This document shows positions 1 to 8,424 of a stretch of DNA of 31,565 nucleotides, in pieces. How positions within the stretch are numbered: the stretch's first letter is position 1; every line of letters begins with the position of its first letter. A model generated the notes under the pieces. That model was not told the DNA's origin, did no database searches, and saw only the letters and a program-made list of their open reading frames with translations. A program made the position numbers and the translations under genes. Source of the DNA: Candidatus Methylomirabilota bacterium (GTDB lineage Bacteria > Methylomirabilota > Methylomirabilia > Rokubacteriales > CSP1-6); NCBI GenBank assembly GCA_046726415.1, contig JBKPAK010000198.1, positions 1 through 31,565 on the forward strand. Reading direction: 5' to 3'.

Positions 1-1
1 C

Positions 2-988
2 ATCACCCTGGAGCTGAAAACGCCGAGAGGCGTGCAGCTGTTCACTGAGCTGGCGCAGCACGCCGACGTGGTGACCGAGAACTTCAGCGTCGGCACCATG
101 GAGCGCCTCGGTCTCGGCTACGACGACCTCAAGCGAATCAAACCCGACATCATCTACGCGTCGATCACCGCCTTTGGTCAGCACGGGCCGTATGCCTCCC
201 AGCGCGGCTACGACATCCTGGCTCAGGCGATCAGCGGCTACATGAGTATCACCGGCTTTCCCGACCAACCGCCCACGCGGTCGGGCCAGTCGATCTCGGA
301 CTACTACGCCGGCATGCTCTGCGCCTTCAGCATTGTGTCGGCGCTCCACTACCGCCACCGCACGGGCAAGGGCCAGCGCATCGATCTGGCCCTGCTCGAC
401 AGCCTCGTGGTGGCCCTCGACAACCTCGGCGAGCGCTACACGATCGGCGGCGAGATCCTCACGCGGGCGGGCAACGTTTCGTTCGGCGGGTCGAGCTCCG
501 GCGTCTATCCGACCACGGACGGCCACGTGGCCATCGCCGCCGGGGCGAGCGATGCCGTCTGGGGGCGATTCTGCGAGATCATCGGCCGCAGTGACCTCGC
601 GCGCGATCCTCGGTTCGCCGCGACGGCGGCCCGGCGCGATCGCCGCGACGAGATCGCCGCCATCATCCAAGGATGGACCGGCCAACGCCCCAAGGCCGAC
701 GTCGTGCGCATCCTGGCCGCGGCGGGCGTTCCCGCGGCGCCGGTCAACAACGTGGCGGAGATGGTGGCGGATCCGCAAGTGCGGGCCCGCGAGATGTTCG
801 TGGAGATGGACCATCCCACGTACGGGCTGGTGAAGGCGACCGGGACGCCGCTGAAGCTCTCGGAAACCCCAGGGCGAGTCCGGTGGCTGGCTCCCCACCC
901 GGGGGAACACAACCAGGAGGTCTTCGTCGGTCTCCTGGGCTACTCCCGCGACGATCTCGCCCGGTGGCATGCCGAAGGCGTGATCTAG
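2..988 (+). CDS. CoA-transferase family III (CaiB/BaiF), 5'-truncated by the window edge
   Basis: Frame is open from position 2 (ITLELKTPRG...). Motifs ADVVTENF, LGLGYDDL, YASITAFGQHGPY, GYDILAQAISGYMSITG and the C-terminal APHPGEH are typical of family III CoA-transferases. Confidence 0.93.
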   Translation: MTLELKTPRGVQLFTELAQHADVVTENFSVGTMERLGLGYDDLKRIKPDIIYASITAFGQHGPYASQRGYDILAQAISGYMSITGFPDQPPTRSGQSISDYYAGMLCAFSIVSALHYRHRTGKGQRIDLALLDSLVVALDNLGERYTIGGEILTRAGNVSFGGSSSGVYPTTDGHVAIAAGASDAVWGRFCEIIGRSDLARDPRFAATAARRDRRDEIAAIIQGWTGQRPKADVVRILAAAGVPAAPVNNVAEMVADPQVRAREMFVEMDHPTYGLVKATGTPLKLSETPGRVRWLAPHPGEHNQEVFVGLLGYSRDDLARWHAEGVI

Positions 989-1013
989 CCGCGATGGCGT
1001 CGGTCCCCGTCCG

Positions 1014-2069
1014 TCACCGGCGCCGGTCGGCCGCGTTGGCGGCCACCCCGAGGCGCTGGCGCGCGAGGGCCGTGCCCGCCACCAGCCGCTTGAGCTTCTC
1101 GAAGGCCACCCATCGAGGCACCGGGAAGAACCCGCAATCGGGCACGGCCGACAGCTTCTCCACGGGAATGAATTTTGCGCAGAGGACAAGCCGGTCGGCG
1201 ACCTCCTCGGGCGACTCCAGGTGAAACGACTTGACGTCGACCACTCCGCACGCCACCTCCCGATCGACGCCGACCTCCTTCCACAGGTCGATTTCCGCCA
1301 TCTCGCGGTTGGCGTATTCGAACGCGAACTGCTGACAGCGGGCCTCCAGAAGGGCCGGGAACATCCAGCGATACGAGCGGCGTCCACGCGGCCGGGACAT
1401 CAGGTTGCCGAAGCAGACGTGCAACGCGATCCGGGCCGACACGCCCTCCACGCACGCGTTGAACATCTTCACGTACTCGCCGATCTGGCCGGGCACGATG
1501 GCCGCCGACGGCTCGTCGACCTGGATGTAGTCCGCGCCAGCCGCGGCCAGCGCCAGCAGCTCGGCGCGCACGGCGGGAACCAGATCCCAGGTCAGGGCCA
1601 GGCGATCGTTGTCGTAGGGGTCCCCCGGGCGCGTTTGCACGTGAATGGACAGGGTGATCGGCCCGGGAACAGTGGCCTTGACGGGCCGGTCGGTCTGCGT
1701 CTGGAGGTAGTGGAAGTCCTGGACCGTACCCAATCCCGCCGGGACCGAGATCCGGGTGCGAGGCCGGTAGCGAGGTACGCTGTCGTAGGCGTAGAGACCG
1801 GTTTTGCGCAACGGCTCTACCGGCTCGAGCCCGTCCATCCGGCCATAGAAGCTCTGCACGAAGAAGAACCGACGCATCTCGCCGTCGCAGACGATGTCGA
1901 TCCCGGCCCGCTCCTGGTCGCGGATGGCCAGCTGGGTGGCGTCGTCGAACGTCTCCTTCACGTCCGTCTGCCCGTACTCTCCGGCCTTGATCTTGTCGAG
2001 CGCAGTCCAGAACCAGCCGGGGAAACCGTGGCTGCCCATCACGTGGGTCGGGATCAGGGGAAGCCCCAT
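1014..2069 (-). CDS. Cobalamin-independent methionine synthase II family protein (single catalytic barrel, core MetE-like)
   Basis: GS motif near the N-terminus, QERAGIDIVCDGEMRR, GPITL, IQVDEP, and zinc ligands HVCFGN, E and PDCG. 351 aa, lacking the N-terminal barrel of full-length MetE. Confidence 0.88.
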   Translation of the reverse strand: MGLPLIPTHVMGSHGFPGWFWTALDKIKAGEYGQTDVKETFDDATQLAIRDQERAGIDIVCDGEMRRFFFVQSFYGRMDGLEPVEPLRKTGLYAYDSVPRYRPRTRISVPAGLGTVQDFHYLQTQTDRPVKATVPGPITLSIHVQTRPGDPYDNDRLALTWDLVPAVRAELLALAAAGADYIQVDEPSAAIVPGQIGEYVKMFNACVEGVSARIALHVCFGNLMSRPRGRRSYRWMFPALLEARCQQFAFEYANREMAEIDLWKEVGVDREVACGVVDVKSFHLESPEEVADRLVLCAKFIPVEKLSAVPDCGFFPVPRWVAFEKLKRLVAGTALARQRLGVAANAADRRR

Positions 2070-2093
2070 CGGGTCGTCATCCTTTCTCGACCG

Positions 2094-2482
2094 TCATACC
2101 GGAAGTCGCTTGGCGATGATCTCCCGCATAATCTCCGACGAGCCCGAGGCGATCGTCCACATCCGGTAGTCGCGGGCGAATCGCTCCACGGGCGTTTCCC
2201 GCATGTAGCCGTACCCGCCGTGGAGCTGGACGGCTTGGTAAGCGACCCACTGCGTCGTCTCGGTGGCCAGGAGCTTGGCCATCGAAGTCGGCGCCCGCAC
2301 CCCCGTAGGCCGAGGGAAACTGAACCCCGAGAAAGCCCAGCTCGCGCATCCGGCGGAACGCCGCTCGGGGAATCTGGCCGGTCTCCTCCCAACCGTCGGG
2401 CGCGCGGGATGATCTCGTCCTCGATCCAGGCCCGCACGGATTTTCTGAACAGCTCGTGCTCATCCCGGAAGATCCCGCTCAC
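2094..2482 (-). pseudogene. Acyl-CoA dehydrogenase remnant with a frameshift and a large internal deletion
   Basis: GGAGG RBS and GTG start. N-terminus FRDEHELFRKSVRAWIEDEIIP, then in another frame WEETGQIPRAAFRRMRELGFLGVQFPSAYGGAGADF, joined out of frame to the C-terminus SMAKLLATE...AVQLHGGYGYMRETPVERFARDYR...GSSEIMREII. Only about 130 codons remain of a normally ~380 aa protein. Confidence 0.88.
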
Positions 2483-2706
2483 CGCGCGCCCCTCCGGGCC
2501 CGCTCGGAGGTCCTCTCGTCATCCTCGCTCTGAATGCGGTCTGCCATGGCCGGTCCTCCCGCCCATCGCCTGGACACGCCGCGGGTGCCGCTATCTAACT
2601 TAGCGCAAGTGCCGACCGGCGCTTTGGAAGGCGATAGTATGCTCTCAGCGAGCAAACGACGCGAGAGCGCCGGCCCCCGGCCGGCGGAGTCGAGGAGGAC
2701 AGTGAC

Positions 2707-3642
2707 ATGCGCTTCGGGCTCTTCACGAGCATGGGTGCCCAGACGTGGTCGAGCGTGCTGGACTTCTGGCGACACCTCGAGACCACGGGCTGGGATATGG
2801 CCTGCGTGACGGACCACTTCATGCCCAACACCAAGGAGCGCGAGGGCGCGATGCTCGAGGCGTGGAGCACGCTCAGCGCGCTGGCGGCCCTGGTGCCGCG
2901 CATGCGCGTGGGCACCATCGTGCTGGGCAATACGTACCGCCATCCGGCGGTGGTTGCCAAGATGGCGGCCCAGGTCGATATCATCTCGGGCGGTCGCCTC
3001 CTGCTGGGGCTCGGGGCGGGCTGGCAGCAGAACGAGCACGCCGCCTACGGGATTCCCTTCTACACGATGGGCGAGCGGCTGGAGCGGTTGGACGAGGCGT
3101 GCGAGGTGATCCGGTCGCTGTGGACCCAGCGCCGCAGCGACTTCAAGGGACGCTACTACCAGCTGGCGGATGCTCCACTCGATCCCAAGCCGGTGCAGAG
3201 CCCTCATCCCGAGCTGATGATCGGCGGGGGCGGAGAACGGGTCACCCTGCGCATCGTGGCCAAGCACGCCGATCACTGGAATGTCTGGGGCGGCCCCAAG
3301 GTCCTCGCGCGGAAGGGGAAGATCCTCGACGAGCACTGTGCCGCCGTCGGGCGCGACGCGAAGAGCATCACGCGGTCGGTGAACATGGCGCTGCTCATCA
3401 CCGACAAGCCGGCCGAGGTCGAGGGCCTGGCCAACACGATCGCCACGCGCATGGGCCGGCACGCGGACGATGCGCGCGACACCTGCCTCGCCGGTACGCC
3501 GGCCCAGATCCGCGAGCAGCTTCACCAGCTCCAAGCGGCCGGGGCGGGCGCCCTCTTCATCCCCAGCATGTTTCGGCCGCTGGACGAGCTCCGCCGCGAC
3601 CTCGATCGGTTCATCGCGGAGATCGCTCCGGCCTTTCGGTAG
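2707..3642 (+). CDS. LLM-class (luciferase-like) F420/flavin-dependent oxidoreductase
   Basis: GAGGAGG RBS; motifs TDHF, EAWSTLSALA, YRHPAVVAKMAAQVDIISGGRLLLGLGAGW, PKPVQ, IGGGGE, ADHWN. Confidence 0.93.
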   Translation: MRFGLFTSMGAQTWSSVLDFWRHLETTGWDMACVTDHFMPNTKEREGAMLEAWSTLSALAALVPRMRVGTIVLGNTYRHPAVVAKMAAQVDIISGGRLLLGLGAGWQQNEHAAYGIPFYTMGERLERLDEACEVIRSLWTQRRSDFKGRYYQLADAPLDPKPVQSPHPELMIGGGGERVTLRIVAKHADHWNVWGGPKVLARKGKILDEHCAAVGRDAKSITRSVNMALLITDKPAEVEGLANTIATRMGRHADDARDTCLAGTPAQIREQLHQLQAAGAGALFIPSMFRPLDELRRDLDRFIAEIAPAFR

Positions 3643-3776
3643 GCGCGGCCAGACGGGAAATCGGGTGCGGGCGTCATCGGCCTCGGACGTCAGCGAGGGC
3701 CGCCCGAGTGCTGGGGCTCGGCGGCCGTCGGGCCGCCATCTCGCGGTCGGCGCCTCCAACTCAATGGAGCCGATGC

Positions 3777-4679
3777 TCAATAGATGCCGATGGCGATCCC
3801 AGCCAGGATGAGCGCGAGCGCGGCGATGAGCGGCAGCGCCAGCGGCTCCCCGAGCCAGATTGTCGCGACGGCGATGCTGACGACGGGCGTGGTGAGCAAG
3901 CCGAGCGCGGTGGTCACCGCCGGCAGATTGCGGCTGGCCATGGCGGTGGCCCAGTAGCCCACCGCCGTTCCCGGAACGCCAGCGTAGAGCAGCAGGGCGA
4001 CCAGCCGCCCATTCCACTCCGTCGTCAGGGGGCCGGACACGACGACGGCCATCGGCGTCAAGATGGCCGTGGCCAGCAGCATCTCCCAGGGCACGAGGTC
4101 AAACGGCGTCGAATGCCATCGATGACCGCGAATGTGCAGGATGCTGGCCGCCCAGAGAATGGCCGCAGCGATGATGGCGCCGTTGCCGAGGATGGCGTCG
4201 CGGCTGGCCCAGTCGAACGCCCGAGGATTGAACAGGACGACGAGCCCCAGTAGGCCGAGGGCGACCCCGGTCATTCGCCTCACCGTGAGCCGTTCGCGCA
4301 GGAAGAAGACAGCCCCGGGGATCACCCACAGGGGCGTCGTATAGGCGAGGACCACCGAACGTCCGGTCGGAACGAGCTGCAGGCCCCACGCCGCGAGCAC
4401 CGCGAAGCCCACCATGTGGAGCAAGGTGATGCTGAGCAGTACCGGCACATCGCCCAGCGGCGGCAAGGCCAGACGACCGAGCGCGATCGCGATGACGAAC
4501 AGCGCGATCGCCGCGATAGCCGAGCGCAACGCCATCATCCAGAGGGGGGACAGCGACTCGAGAAGGACCTTGTTCACGGGCCACGTCAGGCCCCAGGCGA
4601 TGACCACGGTGATCAGGAAGAAAAGACCCTTCCGGTAGGCGGCGCGCTCGTGCGAGGACACCTCATGGGCGGTCGCCAT
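3777..4679 (-). CDS. DMT superfamily (EamA) transporter
   Basis: About 10 hydrophobic segments in two repeats; AWGLTWPVNK, LAYTTPLWV, LRERLT, TPVVSIAVATIWLGEPL. Start chosen at ATG 4679 and is uncertain. Confidence 0.88.
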   Translation of the reverse strand: MATAHEVSSHERAAYRKGLFFLITVVIAWGLTWPVNKVLLESLSPLWMMALRSAIAAIALFVIAIALGRLALPPLGDVPVLLSITLLHMVGFAVLAAWGLQLVPTGRSVVLAYTTPLWVIPGAVFFLRERLTVRRMTGVALGLLGLVVLFNPRAFDWASRDAILGNGAIIAAAILWAASILHIRGHRWHSTPFDLVPWEMLLATAILTPMAVVVSGPLTTEWNGRLVALLLYAGVPGTAVGYWATAMASRNLPAVTTALGLLTTPVVSIAVATIWLGEPLALPLIAALALILAGIAIGIY

Positions 4680-4829
4680 CAGCCGAGGAATTTTCGCCGG
4701 GTGCCCGGGTGGTTCTCGCGGGCCCGCGTCACCGCGTCGCCATGTGCGCATCATAGCGTTTCACAAGGGCGCTCGGTCGGGGTTACAGAACGTGACCCAA
4801 ATCCATAATCCATCCCGGTGGAGGGATCC

Positions 4830-5279
4830 ATGAGCGAGAAGGCCAGGCTCTTGCGAGAGGCGGACGAAGCGTTTTCCGAATTGCATCAGGCCATCGATGG
4901 CCTGACCGAGGAGCAGCTGTTGCGAGTGTGGTTCGGCACCTGGAGCGTTCGCGAGATCCTCATTCATATCTCCGGATGGCACCAGGCGATGACTCCCGCC
5001 CTCGAGCGCATCGCGCGGGGTGAGGAGCCCTATCCGTCGGGGACCTACGACGACTTCGACGCGTGGAACGCTCGGTTCGTCGTCGAGAAGGCCGGCGTGA
5101 AAATCGCCGATGTGCTATCCGAGCTCGATGCGTCCCAGCGGAATTTCGTGGAGGCCGCGTCCGCCCTTCCCGACCAAGACTTCGCGCCGGACGGCGCCGC
5201 CCGCGACCTCTTCGAGGGCGCCGGGGCGGGACACTATCGCGAGCACGCGGCTCGGATCCGCGAGTGGCGGGAGGGATGA
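4830..5279 (+). CDS. DinB/ClbS/DfsB-like four-helix bundle protein
   Basis: GGAGGG RBS before ATG 4830; WSVREILIH and C-terminal HYREH His motifs; 149 aa. Confidence 0.82.
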   Translation: MSEKARLLREADEAFSELHQAIDGLTEEQLLRVWFGTWSVREILIHISGWHQAMTPALERIARGEEPYPSGTYDDFDAWNARFVVEKAGVKIADVLSELDASQRNFVEAASALPDQDFAPDGAARDLFEGAGAGHYREHAARIREWREG

Positions 5280-5311
5280 GATGGGGGGCTCGAAGGGCTC
5301 ATGCGCTTTTC

Positions 5312-5434
5312 TCAGCGCCCTGACCAAGCCATCGGGCCCTCTTCGCTGCCGACGTTGCCGAGCTGGTCCGCCAGCGACAACGTCCTCCATCGTCCGGCAG
5401 CGTGCTCCCGATATCGGTAGGCCGCCTCCGTCAT
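5312..5434 (-). pseudogene. 40-codon ORF, probable truncated remnant of a conserved hypothetical protein
   Basis: Translates as MTEAAYRYREHAAGRWRTLSLADQLGNVGSEEGPMAWSGR*. The stretch AAGRW..LSL.DQLGNVGSE resembles, from memory and unverified, the N-terminus of a longer uncharacterised family. Confidence 0.35.
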
Positions 5435-5565
5435 CGGGCAACCTCGCCGCGATGTCCTGAATTTGTTGCTGCACCGACGCGTCATCGAACCCGGGCGAGC
5501 GGCTGCCCAGGCCGTTGATCATGAAATGGGCGATAGCGCGCGGCGGCGATCGTTCACCCCGCCAT

Positions 5566-6381
5566 CTACTCCGCGAACTGTGCGGCCCGCCAGCGCAGGG
5601 CGGCGACCAGCCCATCTCGCTCTCTGATCTCGTCGAACTTCGTCCCGACCTCGGTCCGCGCCGCATAGAGCGGGGCGACCACGTCGAGCCCGGCGCGGAT
5701 GGCGTTGCGGAAGCCGGCGGCGTCCGCGCCGCGGTTGATGGCGAGTTTGGTGCCGGCGAGCGCCTCGGGTGAGATGAGGGCGAGCCGATGGGCAAATTTG
5801 AGGGTGGCCGTCGCGAGGTCGGCTCGGGGAACGACGCGGTTGACCATCCCGTACTGCAGCGCCGTCGGCGCGTCGATGGTGTCGCCGAGGTAGAGCAGCT
5901 CGCGGGCGCGCTTGAGGCCGATGACGAACGGCATGACGAGGACCGGACCCACGTTCGAGAAGCGGATCTCCGGCTCTCCGAAGACGGCGTCGGCGGCGGC
6001 GATCGTGATATCGCACATCATCGCCAGCTCGCAACCGCCCCCGAGACAGTGACCCTGCACCGAGGCGATCACCGGCTTTCTCATGTCCCAGGGCGTCGTC
6101 TCGAGGGCGACGTCGTCGGTGAGGGATTCGTGCCAGGCTAGCGCGTTGTGGCGCCGGGTCGCCCGGTCGGGATTGGGCGCGATGTCGTAGCCGGCGCAGA
6201 AGCTCCGCCCCTCGGCGCGGAGCACCACGACGCTCGTGGCCGGGTCGCGGTCAGCTGCGTGAAACCGCTCGACGAGCGACCGCTTCAGGTCGGCGCTGAT
6301 GGCGTTGAGCTTGTCGGGCCGGTTGAGGGTCACGATGCCGACACGGCCGTCGACGGCGTAGGTCACGAGGTCTTCGGTCAT
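5566..6381 (-). CDS. Enoyl-CoA hydratase/isomerase (crotonase) family protein
   Basis: TLNRPDKLNAIS, FCAGYD, KPVIASVQGHCLGGGCELAMMCD, FGEPEIR; AGGAG RBS. Confidence 0.94.
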   Translation of the reverse strand: MTEDLVTYAVDGRVGIVTLNRPDKLNAISADLKRSLVERFHAADRDPATSVVVLRAEGRSFCAGYDIAPNPDRATRRHNALAWHESLTDDVALETTPWDMRKPVIASVQGHCLGGGCELAMMCDITIAAADAVFGEPEIRFSNVGPVLVMPFVIGLKRARELLYLGDTIDAPTALQYGMVNRVVPRADLATATLKFAHRLALISPEALAGTKLAINRGADAAGFRNAIRAGLDVVAPLYAARTEVGTKFDEIRERDGLVAALRWRAAQFAE

Positions 6382-6416
6382 GGCAGGCTCCTCGGTTCGT
6401 CATCCCACAATGCTCC

Positions 6417-6512
6417 GGAATTGTCCAGCCCGCCTCGACAGGTCTGGTGGAATTGTCCGGCCCGCCTTGACAGCTCTGGTGGAATTGTCCGGCCCGCCTT
6501 GACAGCTCTGGT
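6417..6512. repeat. Tandem direct repeat, 3 x 32 bp (GGAATTGTCCGGCCCGCCTTGACAGCTCTGGT)
   Basis: Units at 6417-6448, 6449-6480 and 6481-6512. Units 2 and 3 are identical and unit 1 has 3 substitutions. No spacers. Confidence 0.95.
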
Positions 6513-6600
6513 GCGGCGGCGCTATGAGTGCGCCGTGCCAGAGAGTCCGGGCGTTGCCCCAATTTCGACCCCCAGATCATCTGAGAAGGAGCCCGACACC

Positions 6601-7473
6601 ATGAGTGATGCGCTATCGGCGATCCTCGAGACGCGGGAGGCGGAACGCCTGGCCACGGGATTCGTCTTCACCGAAGGCCCCTTGTGGCACCCCGACGGCT
6701 TCTACTACTTCGCCGACATTCGCCGGAATGTGCTCCATCGCCTGACGCCGGGCAAGGAGCCAGAGCTGGTGCGCGCCAACACCGGTGAGGGCAACGGCAC
6801 AACATTCGATCTGCAGGGCCGGCTGATCCTCTGCGAGGGCGGCAACCGGCGCCTCACGCGCATGGCTGCCGACGGCCGCGTCGAGATCGTGATGGATCGT
6901 TTCGAGGGCAAGCGCCTGAACCGCCCAAACGACGTGGTGTGCAAATCTGATGGGAGCCTTTACTTCACCGACCCGGGCTTGCGCGTGCCCCTGGCCGATC
7001 GCGAGCTGCCCTATGCTGGCGTCTATCGCATCGCCCCGGACGGCGCCACGGCCCTGGTCGCGGACTGCGAGTACCCCAACGGGCTGGCCTTCTCGCCCGA
7101 CGAGCGCGTGCTCTACGTGGCCAACACCCGCTGGACGCAATACATCCACGCGATCGAGCTGGATGCTGGCGGCACTATGGTGCGGCGTCGCATCTTCGCC
7201 GACATGTCTTCCGACGAGACCGACGGCGTCCCCGACGGCATGAAAGTCGATGTCCAGGGTCGCGTGTACTGCACGGGCCCGGGAGGCACGTGGGTCTTCG
7301 CTCCCGATGGCGCCCGGCTCGGGATCATTCGGACCCCGGAAATCCCGGCCAACCTCGCCTTCGGCGGCCCTGACCTCCGGACCCTGTTCTTCACCGCCCG
7401 CACGTCGATCTACACCTTGCGCGTCGCGGTGCCGGGTCAGCCCCACCCGTGGTACCGCGTCCGTTCGAAATGA
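6601..7473 (+). CDS. SMP-30/gluconolactonase/LRE family protein
   Basis: AAGGAG RBS; GFVFTEGPLW, GNG, LNRPND, YFTDP, PNGLAFSPD, PDGMKVD, NLAFGGPD. Confidence 0.94.
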   Translation: MSDALSAILETREAERLATGFVFTEGPLWHPDGFYYFADIRRNVLHRLTPGKEPELVRANTGEGNGTTFDLQGRLILCEGGNRRLTRMAADGRVEIVMDRFEGKRLNRPNDVVCKSDGSLYFTDPGLRVPLADRELPYAGVYRIAPDGATALVADCEYPNGLAFSPDERVLYVANTRWTQYIHAIELDAGGTMVRRRIFADMSSDETDGVPDGMKVDVQGRVYCTGPGGTWVFAPDGARLGIIRTPEIPANLAFGGPDLRTLFFTARTSIYTLRVAVPGQPHPWYRVRSK

Positions 7474-7527
7474 CGGTGGCAATGGGCAATGGCGCACCAC
7501 ACGGCGTTCGAATGACGTCGAAAGGAT

Positions 7528-7549
7528 GACCATGGCCATGGTCTATCAT
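7528..7549 (+). promoter_or_regulatory. Perfect 16-bp palindrome GACCATGGCCATGGTC abutting a -10-like TATCAT; candidate operator and leaderless promoter
   Basis: Palindrome at 7528-7543, TATCAT at 7544-7549, ATG at 7556. No properly spaced Shine-Dalgarno. Confidence 0.4.
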
Positions 7550-7555
7550 TGAGGT

Positions 7556-8350
7556 ATGGAGCGCCAGCGCATCACCCTCAGCGATCCCGCGCGCTTCCGC
7601 GATCCAGCCAACCTCACCTGGGAGCGATACATCGCGCTTCAGGCCCGCGAGCGGGAGCGCTACCTCGCCGAGAAGGCGATCATCCCCGCCGACGCACTCG
7701 CCTACCGCACGGTCAACCCGGGCTACCTGCAGCGCGCCGTCGATCAGTTCGCCAACAACTACTACTCCGAACTCTCGGCCACACACTACATCGCCACCGC
7801 CGCGGCCAACGCCCCGTTCGACGAGCTGAAGAAGTGCTGCCTCTTCCAGCTGGCCGACGAGCAGCGCCACCTCGAGATGGACCGCGAGGTGTGGGAGCGG
7901 GCGGGGATCCCGGAGGGTGATTGGCTTCCCGCCTGGGAGGCGCCGGGCACCACCTGCCGCTTCTTCCGCCACGTGCTCGAGCTGGAGGACACTGTCGAGA
8001 TCATCGTCAAGGCCAATTTCGTCGCCGAAGGCGCCGCCGGGCCCGGCACCTTCACCGTCCTGGCCGACGGCGCTGAGGAGCGCGGGGACCTGCTATCGGC
8101 GGTCAATCATCGGGCGCGCATCCGCGACGAGACGCGCCACATCAGCTTCGCGCGAGCGCTGGTCAAGGCGCTGATCGAGGACGATCCGTCGAATCTCGCG
8201 GTGATCCAGGCGTGGCAGGACGAAAGTCTCCAGCTCTTCGCGGAGGTCGCGCGTGGGGGTCAGCGCCGCGAGTGGTGGGACGGCTTCCTGGCCTCGTACT
8301 ACAAGATCGCGCTTCCTCTCGGCCTTTCGGCCTCGCCGGTGTCGGTGTAG
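7556..8350 (+). CDS. Ferritin-like carboxylate-bridged di-iron protein (resembles the core of multicomponent monooxygenase hydroxylase subunits)
   Basis: Ligand pattern E (YSELSA) ... ADEQRH ... E (FVAEG) ... RDETRH; N-terminal RDP..LTWERYIALQ; 264 aa. Confidence 0.75.
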   Translation: MERQRITLSDPARFRDPANLTWERYIALQARERERYLAEKAIIPADALAYRTVNPGYLQRAVDQFANNYYSELSATHYIATAAANAPFDELKKCCLFQLADEQRHLEMDREVWERAGIPEGDWLPAWEAPGTTCRFFRHVLELEDTVEIIVKANFVAEGAAGPGTFTVLADGAEERGDLLSAVNHRARIRDETRHISFARALVKALIEDDPSNLAVIQAWQDESLQLFAEVARGGQRREWWDGFLASYYKIALPLGLSASPVSV

Positions 8351-8424
8351 CGTCGGCCCTCCTTCCGCACGACGTGCGCCGCTCTCACCTCAGCGCGCCG
8401 GTGGCGCCGTTCTGGCGCACCAGA

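Noticed and set aside
6417-6512. CRISPR array (32-bp repeats)
   Set aside because: The units are contiguous with no spacers, and there are no cas genes in the window.
6148-6600. N-terminal extension of the lactonase to 441 aa
   Set aside because: It overlaps the crotonase gene and the tandem repeat. ATG 6601 has a good RBS and gives the normal family length.
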